In this document: piece after piece, positions 39,607-49,607 of the stretch
Numbering within the stretch: position 1 is the first letter of the stretch
How the letters are laid out: every line of letters begins with the position of its first letter
Source of the DNA: Caldivirga sp. UBA161
GTDB lineage: Archaea; Thermoproteota; Thermoprotei; Thermoproteales; Thermocladiaceae
DNA length: 64,000 nt
Assembly: GCF_002506515.1 (NCBI RefSeq)
Contig: NZ_DAXS01000068.1
Location: 20,927-84,926 of the forward strand
Reading direction: 5' to 3'
The notes under the pieces: generated by a model
The model's input: only the letters and a program-made list of their open reading frames with translations
Told to the model about the DNA's origin: nothing
The model's database searches: none
Position numbers and translations under genes: made by a program

Positions 39607-40298
39607 ATGCATTCACCCCTATACTTGTAAATCAGCATAGTTATCTCATTCCTAATCCCCCTTAACCTATCTAAGTCATCCTTAAGTGCTATGAGCTTAC
39701 CCTTATCCTCATCCTGAAGTTGGCTTATCTCGCTCTTTAACTTAAGTTCACCATACTCAGTCTCCATTTCAGATATCCTAGCATCCAATTCACCTATTAT
39801 CCTAGTTAACTTCTCAATCCTCTCATCACACTCCCTCACATACCTCTCCCTCTCATTCTCAAGCATTTTCCTGAACTTATCCACTAAATCCTGTGGAATC
39901 TTCTCATTATTACTAATCATATTGAGCATTACATCACCTAGCTTAAGGAGCATTTCATTAACCTTCCTCAACTTATTAACCGTGTCCTCAAGCTTAGACT
40001 TAACATCATTAATAGTAGCCTCCAGTTCATTCTTAGGTTTAACTATAATAATCCTCTCCTCATCATTAAACTTAAGCACATTATTGGCTGTACTATACTT
40101 AATAACCTGGCCATCCCTACTCACGTTTACACCAGTTATTATTACCTTCAGGTTGTTGCCATCACGGTTCACCTTATATTCCACTGAGGTAACCATACCC
40201 AGTTCCCTACCATTATCATCAATAACCCTCCATCCCCTATAGGACTCCATCTTCCTCTTAATCTTATCCCCCCTCCTATTAAAGAACGATAAAGGCAT
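39603..40298 (-). CDS. PRC-barrel-like N-domain + long coiled-coil protein (CdvA-like architecture)
   Basis: 231-aa ORF. WRVIDDNGRELGMVTSVEY...VIITGVNVSRDGQ fits a PRC-barrel pattern and the remaining ~140 aa are heptad-rich. A TATA-like TTATTTATC lies ~27 nt upstream of ATG 40298. Confidence 0.6.
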   Translation of the reverse strand: MPLSFFNRRGDKIKRKMESYRGWRVIDDNGRELGMVTSVEYKVNRDGNNLKVIITGVNVSRDGQVIKYSTANNVLKFNDEERIIIVKPKNELEATINDVKSKLEDTVNKLRKVNEMLLKLGDVMLNMISNNEKIPQDLVDKFRKMLENERERYVRECDERIEKLTRIIGELDARISEMETEYGELKLKSEISQLQDEDKGKLIALKDDLDRLRGIRNEITMLIYKYRGECI

Positions 40299-40406
40299 TG
40301 CCTAATTAACCTCATTAATGATAAATAACCCTATTGGTTAAAATAAACATGAGCAGTTAAGCATCAGCACCTAAACACTTTAAATCCTTAATCGCAGTAC
40401 TCTACT

Positions 40407-41654
40407 ATGAATGCATTCAGCATAAGGCTTAGTAATGGATTAAGGGTTGTGGGTTCACACATACCTGACAGTGAGGTTGAGGCTGTGTACGTATTCTACA
40501 ATGTTGGGGCTAAGAATGAGAGAGATGGAATATATGGGGGCTCTCACCTTGTTGAACATGTACTCTTCAGGAGTATTAAGGGGCTTGAGAAGAGTATTGA
40601 TGAGCTGGTGGAGGGAGTTGGGGGTTACTTCAACGGCTTCACCACATATGACACCACGGCCTACGTTGAAGTCCTACCAGTGGATAAGGCTGAGTTAGGC
40701 TTCATGATTGAGGCCAAGAGGATGAAGGATGCATTATTCCTTGAGAATGAGTTTGAACTTGAGAGGAGCATTGTGTTAAGTGAATTCGATATGAATGAGA
40801 ATGATGAGGAGGCAAGAATGATGCTTACGGCCAGTAGGAAAATGTGGGATTCACACCCATATAGGCACATGGTTATTGGCGTTAGGAGAGATCTTGAGTC
40901 TGTTAAGCGTGATGAATTATACAATTACTATAGGCGATACTATAATCCATCCAATGCAGTCCTAGTGGCTGTGGGTGGGTTAACGAGAAGTAGTATTGAG
41001 AAGCTTGCTGAACTCCACTTCAGCAGTATTGAGCCTGGTGAAGTTAAGGGAGATGTGGAGCCATGGGATGAGCAATTTAACGGTATCATTAAGGTAACCA
41101 TGAGGGGTTCAACAATGGTTCCTAGGCTCTTAGTATTATTTAAGTCACCTGGATTACATAATGCTCAAGGCTTCTCAAGGCAATTATTCGTCGACTTCAT
41201 TCTAATTGGCGATAAGAGGCTAGCCTACGGCTTAACGGCTAGTGAACCAGCATCAATACCTAGGTTCGCTAGGCTGTATAGGCTTGTTGAGGAGGGAACC
41301 GCCTCAAGCGTTTATGCCAGTTACGAGTTAACTTACATGAATGGACCCTACGGTATAGTGCTGAGGGGTGTTAAGGACCCTGATAAGGCTTATAATAGGT
41401 TAATTGAGGTTATTTTAGAGAAGCCTAATGCCGATGAAGTTAATAATGCCATTGCAAGGATTAAGACTAGGTTAATTAATACACTTGACTCACCCAGTAA
41501 GCTTGGTCAATTATATGGTGTGGGTGAATTATTCGCCAATGACCCTGAACACTTAGTGAAGTTAATGAGTAATGCTCAGTACTTAGGGGCTGAGGATTAT
41601 GTTAATCATGTGGAGGAGCTTATAAAATCAGCAGTGGTGGTTTACTATGGCTAA
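40407..41654 (+). CDS. M16-family (pitrilysin/insulinase-like) zinc peptidase, catalytic subunit
   Basis: 415-aa ORF carrying the inverted zincin motif HLVEH (GGSHLVEHVLF). Confidence 0.8.
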   Translation: MNAFSIRLSNGLRVVGSHIPDSEVEAVYVFYNVGAKNERDGIYGGSHLVEHVLFRSIKGLEKSIDELVEGVGGYFNGFTTYDTTAYVEVLPVDKAELGFMIEAKRMKDALFLENEFELERSIVLSEFDMNENDEEARMMLTASRKMWDSHPYRHMVIGVRRDLESVKRDELYNYYRRYYNPSNAVLVAVGGLTRSSIEKLAELHFSSIEPGEVKGDVEPWDEQFNGIIKVTMRGSTMVPRLLVLFKSPGLHNAQGFSRQLFVDFILIGDKRLAYGLTASEPASIPRFARLYRLVEEGTASSVYASYELTYMNGPYGIVLRGVKDPDKAYNRLIEVILEKPNADEVNNAIARIKTRLINTLDSPSKLGQLYGVGELFANDPEHLVKLMSNAQYLGAEDYVNHVEELIKSAVVVYYG

Positions 41655-42744
41655 GGTAATGAAGTTGAGCCACTGGAGTGAATCACTCGTTGTTGATGTT
41701 AAGTTGAACCTTGGCTTAATTAATGAGGATGTACCTGGATTATCAAGGGTACTGGTTAATCTATGGAAGTGGTCCAGAGGAATCATGGAGTTGGAGAAGA
41801 GTGGTGTAACAATATCATTCAATAACTCATGGGATCAATTAACAGTGTCAATAAAGACGCATAAAGGTAATTCAAGCTTACTTAAGGGCCTTTGGGATGC
41901 GTTAACTAGGGTTGACTTAAGCCTACTGGATAGGGCAATCAATGAGGCGTCGACACAGATTAATGTGGCTAGGGAGGATACTACAGCGAGGGCAATGGCT
42001 GAGGCTTTAAGGGGTTTAATGCCTGATTCACCATATGGGAATCACCCAGAGGTTCTTCTTGGAGTCGACTTAAGTAGGATTAAACCAGAGGACGTGAGAA
42101 GGGCATTAGATAACTTAGCCTATTACTCAGTAACCGTAGTAGGTGGTGATGTTGAAATTAGTGGCTCCCCAGCTAATGCTAAGTGGCCCAGCGTGAAGGG
42201 ATATGGGGGCGGTGAGGTTAATGTTAAGTTAAGTGATAAGGTTCAAAGCACCATTGCTGTTGCCTATCCTGCTGACTCAATATATGGTAGGGTCTTCAAT
42301 TACATGGCTTTCAACACACTCCTTGGTGGCATGGGTTTAATTAGTAGGCTTTACGTGGAGATTAGGGTTAAGAGGGGGCTAGCCTATTACGCCTTCTCAA
42401 CATATGTACCCCTAGGTGGTGTTGGATTCCTAATTGCGTTAGTGGGTACTAGGGAGAAGCATGTTAATGAGGTTAAGGAACTTATACTTAAGACAACTGA
42501 GTCAATGAGCATGGTTAATGATCATGATGTTGAAATGATTAAAGGCAATCAGAGGGGGAGGTTAACAGTCAGGGCTGAGTCACCGGAGGGGCTGGCGCAA
42601 ATGTACTCAATAATACCACTATACGGTTTACCTGAGGATTACTATGCAAGGTACGTTAACTTCCTAACTACCCTTAAGAGTAGTGACATAGCAAACATCA
42701 CCAGTGAGTTAAGGCACCATTACATAGCTGTGGCTGGCCCTTGA
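41647..42744 (+). CDS. M16-family peptidase-like protein lacking the HxxEH motif (non-catalytic partner)
   Basis: 365-aa ORF that overlaps the upstream M16 gene by 8 nt. The C-terminal half has an M16_C-like pattern (RLYVEIRVKRGLAYY), and I see no HxxEH. Confidence 0.65.
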   Translation: MAKVMKLSHWSESLVVDVKLNLGLINEDVPGLSRVLVNLWKWSRGIMELEKSGVTISFNNSWDQLTVSIKTHKGNSSLLKGLWDALTRVDLSLLDRAINEASTQINVAREDTTARAMAEALRGLMPDSPYGNHPEVLLGVDLSRIKPEDVRRALDNLAYYSVTVVGGDVEISGSPANAKWPSVKGYGGGEVNVKLSDKVQSTIAVAYPADSIYGRVFNYMAFNTLLGGMGLISRLYVEIRVKRGLAYYAFSTYVPLGGVGFLIALVGTREKHVNEVKELILKTTESMSMVNDHDVEMIKGNQRGRLTVRAESPEGLAQMYSIIPLYGLPEDYYARYVNFLTTLKSSDIANITSELRHHYIAVAGP

Positions 42745-42746
42745 AA

Positions 42747-43643
42747 TTAACCTGGCTCAACATGAGTATTCACAGACACTACTGATTGTATATTCTTCAT
42801 TATATCATTCTCAAGTTCATCCACAATCCTATGAGCTTCATTAACACTATACCAACCCGGAACCTTAACAATGAGGTCTATCGCATATCCATTACCAGTA
42901 TTCTTAACCTTAACATCAGAAACTGATACATTATGATATCTAGCTATACTATATACCCTATTTGTTATTTCTGGGTTAATTTGATCAAGTAGAACATTCA
43001 TTGACTCCTTAAAGTAATTAACTCCCAAATATATTAGGTATGCTGCAATAGCTAGAACTGCAATAGGTTGAATAATTGGCATCATTAATGAGACTACCAT
43101 TACTGCCGCTATTAGTAACGCATCCAGTAAGTCAGCTATGGCATGCCTAAACTCAAGTTTAAGTATTAAGTCACCAGTTTTAATGTACCCAATCCTCAGG
43201 TTAATTAACCTACTTAATACTAGGCTGGCAACAATAATAATGATGTATAATGAGTCTAAGGGTAACTTCTCAACAATACCTTTAGTAATATTAATGATGG
43301 ATTCAGCCACTAACCAAAGTGATGCACCCATTAATATTATTGCAACAGTATACATTGATAAGTACTTATACTTAAAGTGACCATAGGGGTGATCCATGTC
43401 AGGCGGCTTTAAGGTTGGCCCAAGCCCAATGTATAATGAGCTTAATATGACTACGTCAAGCATTGTGTGTAGGCCATCAGCAATAAGCACGGGTATATTC
43501 ATGGTTACTCCAGTTAAGAGCTCAATAATTGAGGTAGCGCTAACTAGTAGTGTTGCTACCTTTACATAGAACCTGACCTTACCATTCATTGTTACTACCT
43601 CATTACCACTAATCCGCTGGTTCTTAAATAAGTTTTCATTCAT
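42747..43643 (-). CDS. Cation diffusion facilitator (CDF) family metal transporter
   Basis: 298-aa ORF with six TMs, ADGLHTMLDV and HAIADLLD metal-site helices, and a C-terminal cytoplasmic alpha/beta domain. Confidence 0.8.
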   Translation of the reverse strand: MNENLFKNQRISGNEVVTMNGKVRFYVKVATLLVSATSIIELLTGVTMNIPVLIADGLHTMLDVVILSSLYIGLGPTLKPPDMDHPYGHFKYKYLSMYTVAIILMGASLWLVAESIINITKGIVEKLPLDSLYIIIIVASLVLSRLINLRIGYIKTGDLILKLEFRHAIADLLDALLIAAVMVVSLMMPIIQPIAVLAIAAYLIYLGVNYFKESMNVLLDQINPEITNRVYSIARYHNVSVSDVKVKNTGNGYAIDLIVKVPGWYSVNEAHRIVDELENDIMKNIQSVVSVNTHVEPG

Positions 43644-43758
43644 ACTCGATTTCGATAACGATATAGATTTCGAATTTATAAACCTAACCCCATTTAGGCT
43701 ATCAAGTAACTTAAAGAAGAGAACTGCTTATTAACCTAGGGTAGCAGTTAGTTAAGTA

Positions 43759-44337
43759 GTGGTTAGTGAGGAATTTATTAACGAAGCATTAAGCAGGATT
43801 AAACCTGGTGAAGTATTAGTAACGTACACTAATGAGCAATCATCGGTGGATATTAATGATATTACTTTGATTAAAGTTAATGCAAATGATGACGAGTACT
43901 CAATATTAAGGTTAATAGCCATAGCTAAGGCACATAATGACCCAGTATTAGTATCCAAGTGGATTATACCTAATGAATTAGCTAATAGGAAGTATAGTAG
44001 GGTCGGCAGCTTAACGCTCCTAAGTAGGATAATTGACTACATTTTAATAGAATCTGGATATGATGATTACGTTGCCAGATCCTTTAATGAGCAGGAGTTT
44101 AGGCGAATACTCACTAATGGGCCTCAGGACTTGAAGTTAAGGGCACTTGAAGCCCTGGGTTTAGATGTACCATTCAGCTTCAGGATGGCTAATAGGACTG
44201 ATGATATTGATAATGCTATTAGGGGATTAAGTGGAGGATTCGTAAGCAAGTACCTTGACTTGAGGAGTTATTTATTTAACAATATGGCTCTAGAGTACTT
44301 ACTTAATTACTTAGACCTATTGTTTAAGAATGCCTAA
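43759..44337 (+). CDS. Hypothetical protein
   Basis: 192-aa ORF with a GTG start. It fills the gap, and I recognise no motif. Confidence 0.4.
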   Translation: MVSEEFINEALSRIKPGEVLVTYTNEQSSVDINDITLIKVNANDDEYSILRLIAIAKAHNDPVLVSKWIIPNELANRKYSRVGSLTLLSRIIDYILIESGYDDYVARSFNEQEFRRILTNGPQDLKLRALEALGLDVPFSFRMANRTDDIDNAIRGLSGGFVSKYLDLRSYLFNNMALEYLLNYLDLLFKNA

Positions 44338-44459
44338 ACTTTAACTATGCCTTAACTTTATATTTAATTAGAAATACCCTAAATATTATGTGATAAAATA
44401 ATCTTAAGTCAAGAAAAACCCACGGAAAAACTTTAAAATAAGGGTAAGTAAAGCAAACT

Positions 44460-45389
44460 ATGATAACAATAGTGGGATCAGGTAGAGTGGGTGCAACAGC
44501 GGCGGCTTTCCTAATGTTCTATGAGTTAGATAATGAATTAACCCTAATAGATATAGTAAAGGGCCTGCCTCAAGGTGAGGCCCTTGACCTTAATCACGCT
44601 GCAGCAATATTAGGGAAGTCTGTTAGGTATAAGGGTAGTAATGATTATAAGGACATGGAGGGAAGTGACATTGTAATAGTTACTGCCGGCCTCGCTAGGA
44701 AGCCAGGCATGACTAGGGAGGAGTTAGCTGGTAAGAATGCTGAGATAGTTTCATCAATTGCAGACCAGATTAAGAAGTATGCCCCTAATTCAATAGTAAT
44801 CATTACAACTAACCCACTTGACGCAATGGTTTACGTACTGTATAAGAGGCTTGGATTCCCGAGGAATAGGGTTATTGGCTTCAGCGGTGTCTTGGACTCC
44901 AACAGGATGGCTTACTATGCATCCCAGATAATTGGAATAGCCCCAGAGTCAATAATACCAGTTGTACTTGGGCAGCATGGTGAAAACATGTACCCTGTCC
45001 CTGAAGCATCATTCGTATATGGTAAGCCCCTTACTGAATTCCTAACTCAGGAGCAGTATAATGATATTGTTAAGAAGACCATTCAGGCAGGCGCTGATAT
45101 AACTAGCCTAAGGGGATTTAGTAGCAACTGGGGTCCAGCAGCTGGCTTGGCCTTAATGGTTGATTCAATAAAGAAGAATAGGAAGAGGATTTTCGAAGCT
45201 TCAGTGTACCTTGATGGTGAATACGGTGTTAGGGATGTCTTCGCTGAGGTTCCTGTTGTGCTGGGTAAGAATGGTGTTGAGAAAATAATTGAATTAAACC
45301 TAACCCCAGAGCAGAGGCAGAAGTTTATGCAGAGTATTGAGGCTATTAAAAAGAACCTAACTCAAGTACCACCACAATACCTTAAGTAG
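44460..45389 (+). CDS. mdh: Malate dehydrogenase (LDH-like MDH family)
   Basis: 309-aa ORF with GSGRVGATAA (Rossmann), TAGLARKPGMTREEL (substrate Arg loop), ITTNPLD and GQHGE. Confidence 0.9.
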   Translation: MITIVGSGRVGATAAAFLMFYELDNELTLIDIVKGLPQGEALDLNHAAAILGKSVRYKGSNDYKDMEGSDIVIVTAGLARKPGMTREELAGKNAEIVSSIADQIKKYAPNSIVIITTNPLDAMVYVLYKRLGFPRNRVIGFSGVLDSNRMAYYASQIIGIAPESIIPVVLGQHGENMYPVPEASFVYGKPLTEFLTQEQYNDIVKKTIQAGADITSLRGFSSNWGPAAGLALMVDSIKKNRKRIFEASVYLDGEYGVRDVFAEVPVVLGKNGVEKIIELNLTPEQRQKFMQSIEAIKKNLTQVPPQYLK

Positions 45390-45431
45390 GCGGGTTAAGT
45401 TAATTAAACCCAATCAACCACCCTTTTACCA

Positions 45432-46484
45432 ATGACCTTATTAAATAGCAGTGACGTTAAGGATCTATTAATTAATTTACTGAGAATATATAGTCCAAGT
45501 GGTGAGGAGGGGAGGATTGCAGAGTTTATTTTAAGCTTCCTTAAGCAACATGGTGTTGACGCTTGGATTGATGAAGCCGGCAATGTGCTTGCAATTAGGG
45601 GTAGTGGTGAACGGGTTTTATGGCTTCATGCACACATGGATACTGTACCAGGCTTCATTGAGGTTAGAGAGGGGGGTGATTTAATTTACGGTAGGGGGGC
45701 TGTTGATGATAAGGGGCCGCTTACATCAATGATTACTGCCTTCCTTAACTCTAAACCTGATGTAACATTAGTGTTAACCCTAGTGACAAGGGAGGAGGGT
45801 GATAGCTTAGGTTCATTAAGCCTAATTAAGAGTAATCTCCCCAAGCCTGATGGCGTAATCGTCGGTGAGCCAACCAACATGCACATAGCCTACTCATATA
45901 GGGGGAGCGCTAGGGTTGAGGTTAAGTGCCTTGGTCAAGGGGGCCACACAGCTGGACCTGGGGTTGAGGATAACCCAATATTAAAGGTTTACAAAGCCTT
46001 CAGTAATATGGCTAGTAGGCTTGGTAACGGGCAATCAACCGAATCATACACAGTAACACCCACACTCATTAATTGCGGTGATCACCCAAGTAAGGTACCA
46101 ACTGAATGCACAATGATTGTTAACGTTAGGATACCGTTAAACTCATCATGTAGGGAATTAAGTAATACAGTCAAGGATGTTGAGTGCGTTAAGATTATTG
46201 ACTGCACAGACCCAATAATAGTTAATGTGAATAACCCAGTGGTTAGGTCACTGGTAAGGGCAAGCTTAAGAAACAATGTTAAGCCAATACTATCCAGGAA
46301 ATTGGGTACGAGTGATATGGCTATTTTAGCCAAGTTAACACTAAACCTAGCAGCCTATGGGCCAGGGGACCCAACACTCAGTCATGGACCCATTGAATAT
46401 ATTAATATCAATGACGTTATGTTAGCCAGCAACATCCTCATTAATGTTATTGATGAATTCAGCCGCATAACCATACGGAATTAA
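45432..46484 (+). CDS. M20-family deacylase (ArgE/LysK-type acetyl-lysine/ornithine or [LysW]-lysine hydrolase)
   Basis: 350-aa ORF with LHAHMDTVPG, GRGAVDDKG and EE..GS metal ligand motifs. Its size matches archaeal LysK. Confidence 0.7.
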   Translation: MTLLNSSDVKDLLINLLRIYSPSGEEGRIAEFILSFLKQHGVDAWIDEAGNVLAIRGSGERVLWLHAHMDTVPGFIEVREGGDLIYGRGAVDDKGPLTSMITAFLNSKPDVTLVLTLVTREEGDSLGSLSLIKSNLPKPDGVIVGEPTNMHIAYSYRGSARVEVKCLGQGGHTAGPGVEDNPILKVYKAFSNMASRLGNGQSTESYTVTPTLINCGDHPSKVPTECTMIVNVRIPLNSSCRELSNTVKDVECVKIIDCTDPIIVNVNNPVVRSLVRASLRNNVKPILSRKLGTSDMAILAKLTLNLAAYGPGDPTLSHGPIEYININDVMLASNILINVIDEFSRITIRN

Positions 46485-46810
46485 GCTAAGGCATTAATGT
46501 TTAAAGGCTAGTAATTTAACTAAGGTATTACTAATAGTGGTAGTTTGTGAACTAAGTATTGAGCAGTACATTAAGTTCACTGACTTACAATTCTGATTTT
46601 CCTAATTCAGTAGTATGTACTATCTTATACTTCCGCACAATATACTCCAGTAACAATGGCTGCATTAACAACTACTAACCCAATATAAGTACAGCACTAA
46701 TAATAGGCTTAGTGATTATGTTATTGTAATAATATATCGTAATAATATTAAGAAAATTAGAAAAATTAAGAAGACGAGAAATTAAAATATTTTAAATCAT
46801 TTTAACGTTA

Positions 46811-47767
46811 TTAAGGTATTATTACTCCTTTTATATATTCCCTTGGCTTCTTTGAGGCGTATTCTAATGCTTCCTGTAGCTCATTAAGTCTCCATTTATG
46901 GGTTATGAGTTTCTCCTGGTTAAATACTCCTCTTTCAAGTAGTCTAGCAGCTATCTTTAAGTCAATGGTGGCGTATTCATCTCCTGATCTGGCTGGCACT
47001 GCCATTACTAGGTCTATTCCTTTAGCATCCCATATCCTGAAGTTAACTTGAACTGGGAGGGAGTGGTAGCTAACTATACTTAACCTACCCCTCTTACCAA
47101 TAATCCTGGTGGCTAAATCAACCCCGCTTGGGTTTCCACTAACCTCGAATACAACATTGAAGCCGTTACCGTCGGTTAATTCCTTAATAGCCTTATCAAC
47201 ATCATCTACACTAGGGTTAATTATCGCTGTTGCTCCAAATTCCTTAGCTAACTTAAGCCTATCATCAATAATATCGAAAGCCGCAAGCTCGCTGAAACCC
47301 ATACCCCTCAAGGCTTGGATGAGTAGTAAGCCCATGTAACCTGAACCGATGACCGCTACGTAATCCCCAAGCCTTGGTTGAGTAACCCTAACCACATTAA
47401 CTATTGCAGCTAAGGGTTCACCAATAGCGTATTCATAAGGTATGTTGTTAGGTATTTTCGCAACGCTACTAGCCTTAGCCACTAGGTAATCTGCATAAGC
47501 CGGTGATCCAATAGCCATAATCCTATCCCCAGGCTTAAGAGCGGTTACATTAGGCCCAACTTCAACAATATCCCCAACGGGTTCATGCCCAAAGGGAGCT
47601 GGCAACGTGAACCATACCGGTAATCCCTTAAACGCATAAATGTCACCACTACATATTCCCGTAGCCCTCACTCTAATTAATACTTCACCGTCACGGGGCT
47701 TAGGCATATCATACTCCTCAATCCTAACTAAGCCTGCTGAAACCAGGACACCAACCCTATTTCTCAT
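46811..47767 (-). CDS. Zinc-dependent alcohol/polyol dehydrogenase (MDR superfamily)
   Basis: 318-aa ORF with GICSGD, GHEPVG and the GSGYMG Rossmann motif. Confidence 0.8.
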   Translation of the reverse strand: MRNRVGVLVSAGLVRIEEYDMPKPRDGEVLIRVRATGICSGDIYAFKGLPVWFTLPAPFGHEPVGDIVEVGPNVTALKPGDRIMAIGSPAYADYLVAKASSVAKIPNNIPYEYAIGEPLAAIVNVVRVTQPRLGDYVAVIGSGYMGLLLIQALRGMGFSELAAFDIIDDRLKLAKEFGATAIINPSVDDVDKAIKELTDGNGFNVVFEVSGNPSGVDLATRIIGKRGRLSIVSYHSLPVQVNFRIWDAKGIDLVMAVPARSGDEYATIDLKIAARLLERGVFNQEKLITHKWRLNELQEALEYASKKPREYIKGVIIP

Positions 47768-47883
47768 AATTACGGGTACCTTATAGAAGTATTAAAGTCT
47801 TGATTAAGGGAAGATGAAAGATTCCTGAACTAGTTTAAAATTAATCCTTCCATAAATAGTGAGTTTTATGGCTACTTTACCAA

Positions 47884-48789
47884 TTAGATCTCAATAATCA
47901 TATTATCCTTAGCAACTAAGGTGCGTGGGAAAATATCACTAGCGCATTTTAAGAAGTCCCAGTAGTATTCGTAACCATACCTAAAACTCATGTGAGTTAG
48001 TATAAGTAACCTAGTGTTAGCCTCCTTAGCGTCTAAGGCAGCGTCTAGGCATGTTGAATGACCTCTGCTCTCTGCTTCCTTGGCGTCATTAGGTAAGTAT
48101 GTTGAATCATGAATAAGTACTGATGAGCCCTTAGCTAACTTAACCACACCATCACCTGGTGATGTATCACCAGTGTACACCACCTTTATCGATCTATCAC
48201 CTACATTGCTCATCACCATGGATGGTTCAATAACCCTACCATCAGGTAGAGTAATAGCCTCACCCATTTGAATCCTCCTCCAGTAGGTTACCGGTATACC
48301 TAATTCCCTAGCCTTATTTGGATTAAACCTACCAATCGGCCTCCTTAATGTTATTGAGTATGAATTATTTTGAATAGTGTGGTAGGTCGTTACGTATCTT
48401 AACTCCAGGTTATCCATTGATTCAATTAAAGTAACGTCGCTGGTTGGTTTAAGTTCAATAATGTTGATTCTGAATGATGAATTAATTGGGGTTGGTGTAA
48501 AGTCGCTTATTCCCACTGGGCCTATTACGGTTACTGGGGTAACTCTATTAAGCATTAGCATTGTTGCAAGTAGGCCTGGGAGGCCATTAACGTGATCAGC
48601 GTGAAGGTGAGTAACCATTATGTGCGTTAACTTAAGTGGGCTAACCCCAATACCCTCAAGCCTCTTAACAGTACCCTCACTGGGGTCAATGAGTATCCTA
48701 TACCTATCAACCTCAATTAACACACCTGGTAATTCCCTACAGGGCCTAGGTATAGCTCCACCTGAACCTAGGAAAACTATCTTAAGCAC
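47884..48789 (-). CDS. rnz: Ribonuclease Z (tRNA 3' endonuclease, metallo-beta-lactamase fold)
   Basis: 301-aa ORF with FLGSGGAIP, THLHADHVNGLPGLL (HxHxDH) and a C-terminal LTHMS. Confidence 0.8.
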   Translation of the reverse strand: MLKIVFLGSGGAIPRPCRELPGVLIEVDRYRILIDPSEGTVKRLEGIGVSPLKLTHIMVTHLHADHVNGLPGLLATMLMLNRVTPVTVIGPVGISDFTPTPINSSFRINIIELKPTSDVTLIESMDNLELRYVTTYHTIQNNSYSITLRRPIGRFNPNKARELGIPVTYWRRIQMGEAITLPDGRVIEPSMVMSNVGDRSIKVVYTGDTSPGDGVVKLAKGSSVLIHDSTYLPNDAKEAESRGHSTCLDAALDAKEANTRLLILTHMSFRYGYEYYWDFLKCASDIFPRTLVAKDNMIIEI

Positions 48790-48875
48790 AGGCTAGCTAA
48801 CTTTCAGCCCAATTTAACTAATGCTGCATAGTGAAACATTAAGTAACCGGGTTACATTCATGAAGTATTATTACC

Positions 48876-49448
48876 TCATTTACATTCATCGCCAGTACAT
48901 ATTATAATAACTCCATCTTTATTACTATTCTCATCACCTTCCCCCCCATTGGTGAATGTTTGAGTTATTATTGGTATTGCACGTGTAAGTTTATTTAAAT
49001 TACCTCTACCTTGAATTATTAACCATGTCATTAATGCTATACCCATGTTGTAGAGCACGATACCGAAGCCAATGTACTTATCCCCAATTACACCTTGACC
49101 GTAAACCTCAACCATTATTGCTGCGTGGTTAGCCATAACTACGTAGGTGTAGTACGCTAAAACTATGAATGCACCTACGGCATATATTAGCAGCAGCCAT
49201 GAACTGGCTCTACTTCTAGCGTTTTTGATGAAGAAAATTGTTGATGCTAGTGATAATGAATCAAAGGATAGGAGTGAGGCTAGTATAAGTGCATCAAGTA
49301 CGATATTAAATTCAGCGCTGCCATATATCCATAAGTGTATCAATAGGTAATCTATTGTGTAAGTAATAGCTAGTACCGTGATTATGCCTCCCCAATACAA
49401 TATGTTAATTATGGCTTCTGGAATTGGGCTACTTTGGCTTTGGCTCAC
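48876..49448 (-). CDS. Hypothetical membrane protein
   Basis: 190-aa ORF with five hydrophobic helices and an acidic Cys-containing tail (CTGDECK). Confidence 0.4.
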   Translation of the reverse strand: MSQSQSSPIPEAIINILYWGGIITVLAITYTIDYLLIHLWIYGSAEFNIVLDALILASLLSFDSLSLASTIFFIKNARSRASSWLLLIYAVGAFIVLAYYTYVVMANHAAIMVEVYGQGVIGDKYIGFGIVLYNMGIALMTWLIIQGRGNLNKLTRAIPIITQTFTNGGEGDENSNKDGVIIICTGDECK

Positions 49449-49607
49449 AGGTTAGTTACCTTACAACCCTTTTTTAAGTATTACGCTAATATTATTTAAA
49501 TATATCGGTCATGCATATATGGTTTATAAATGGCTGAATGTTGAAGCCAAGTGCATTTATGGGATATTGTAAACTTAAACTTTTAATTAACTTGGTGATA
49601 ATCAAAA

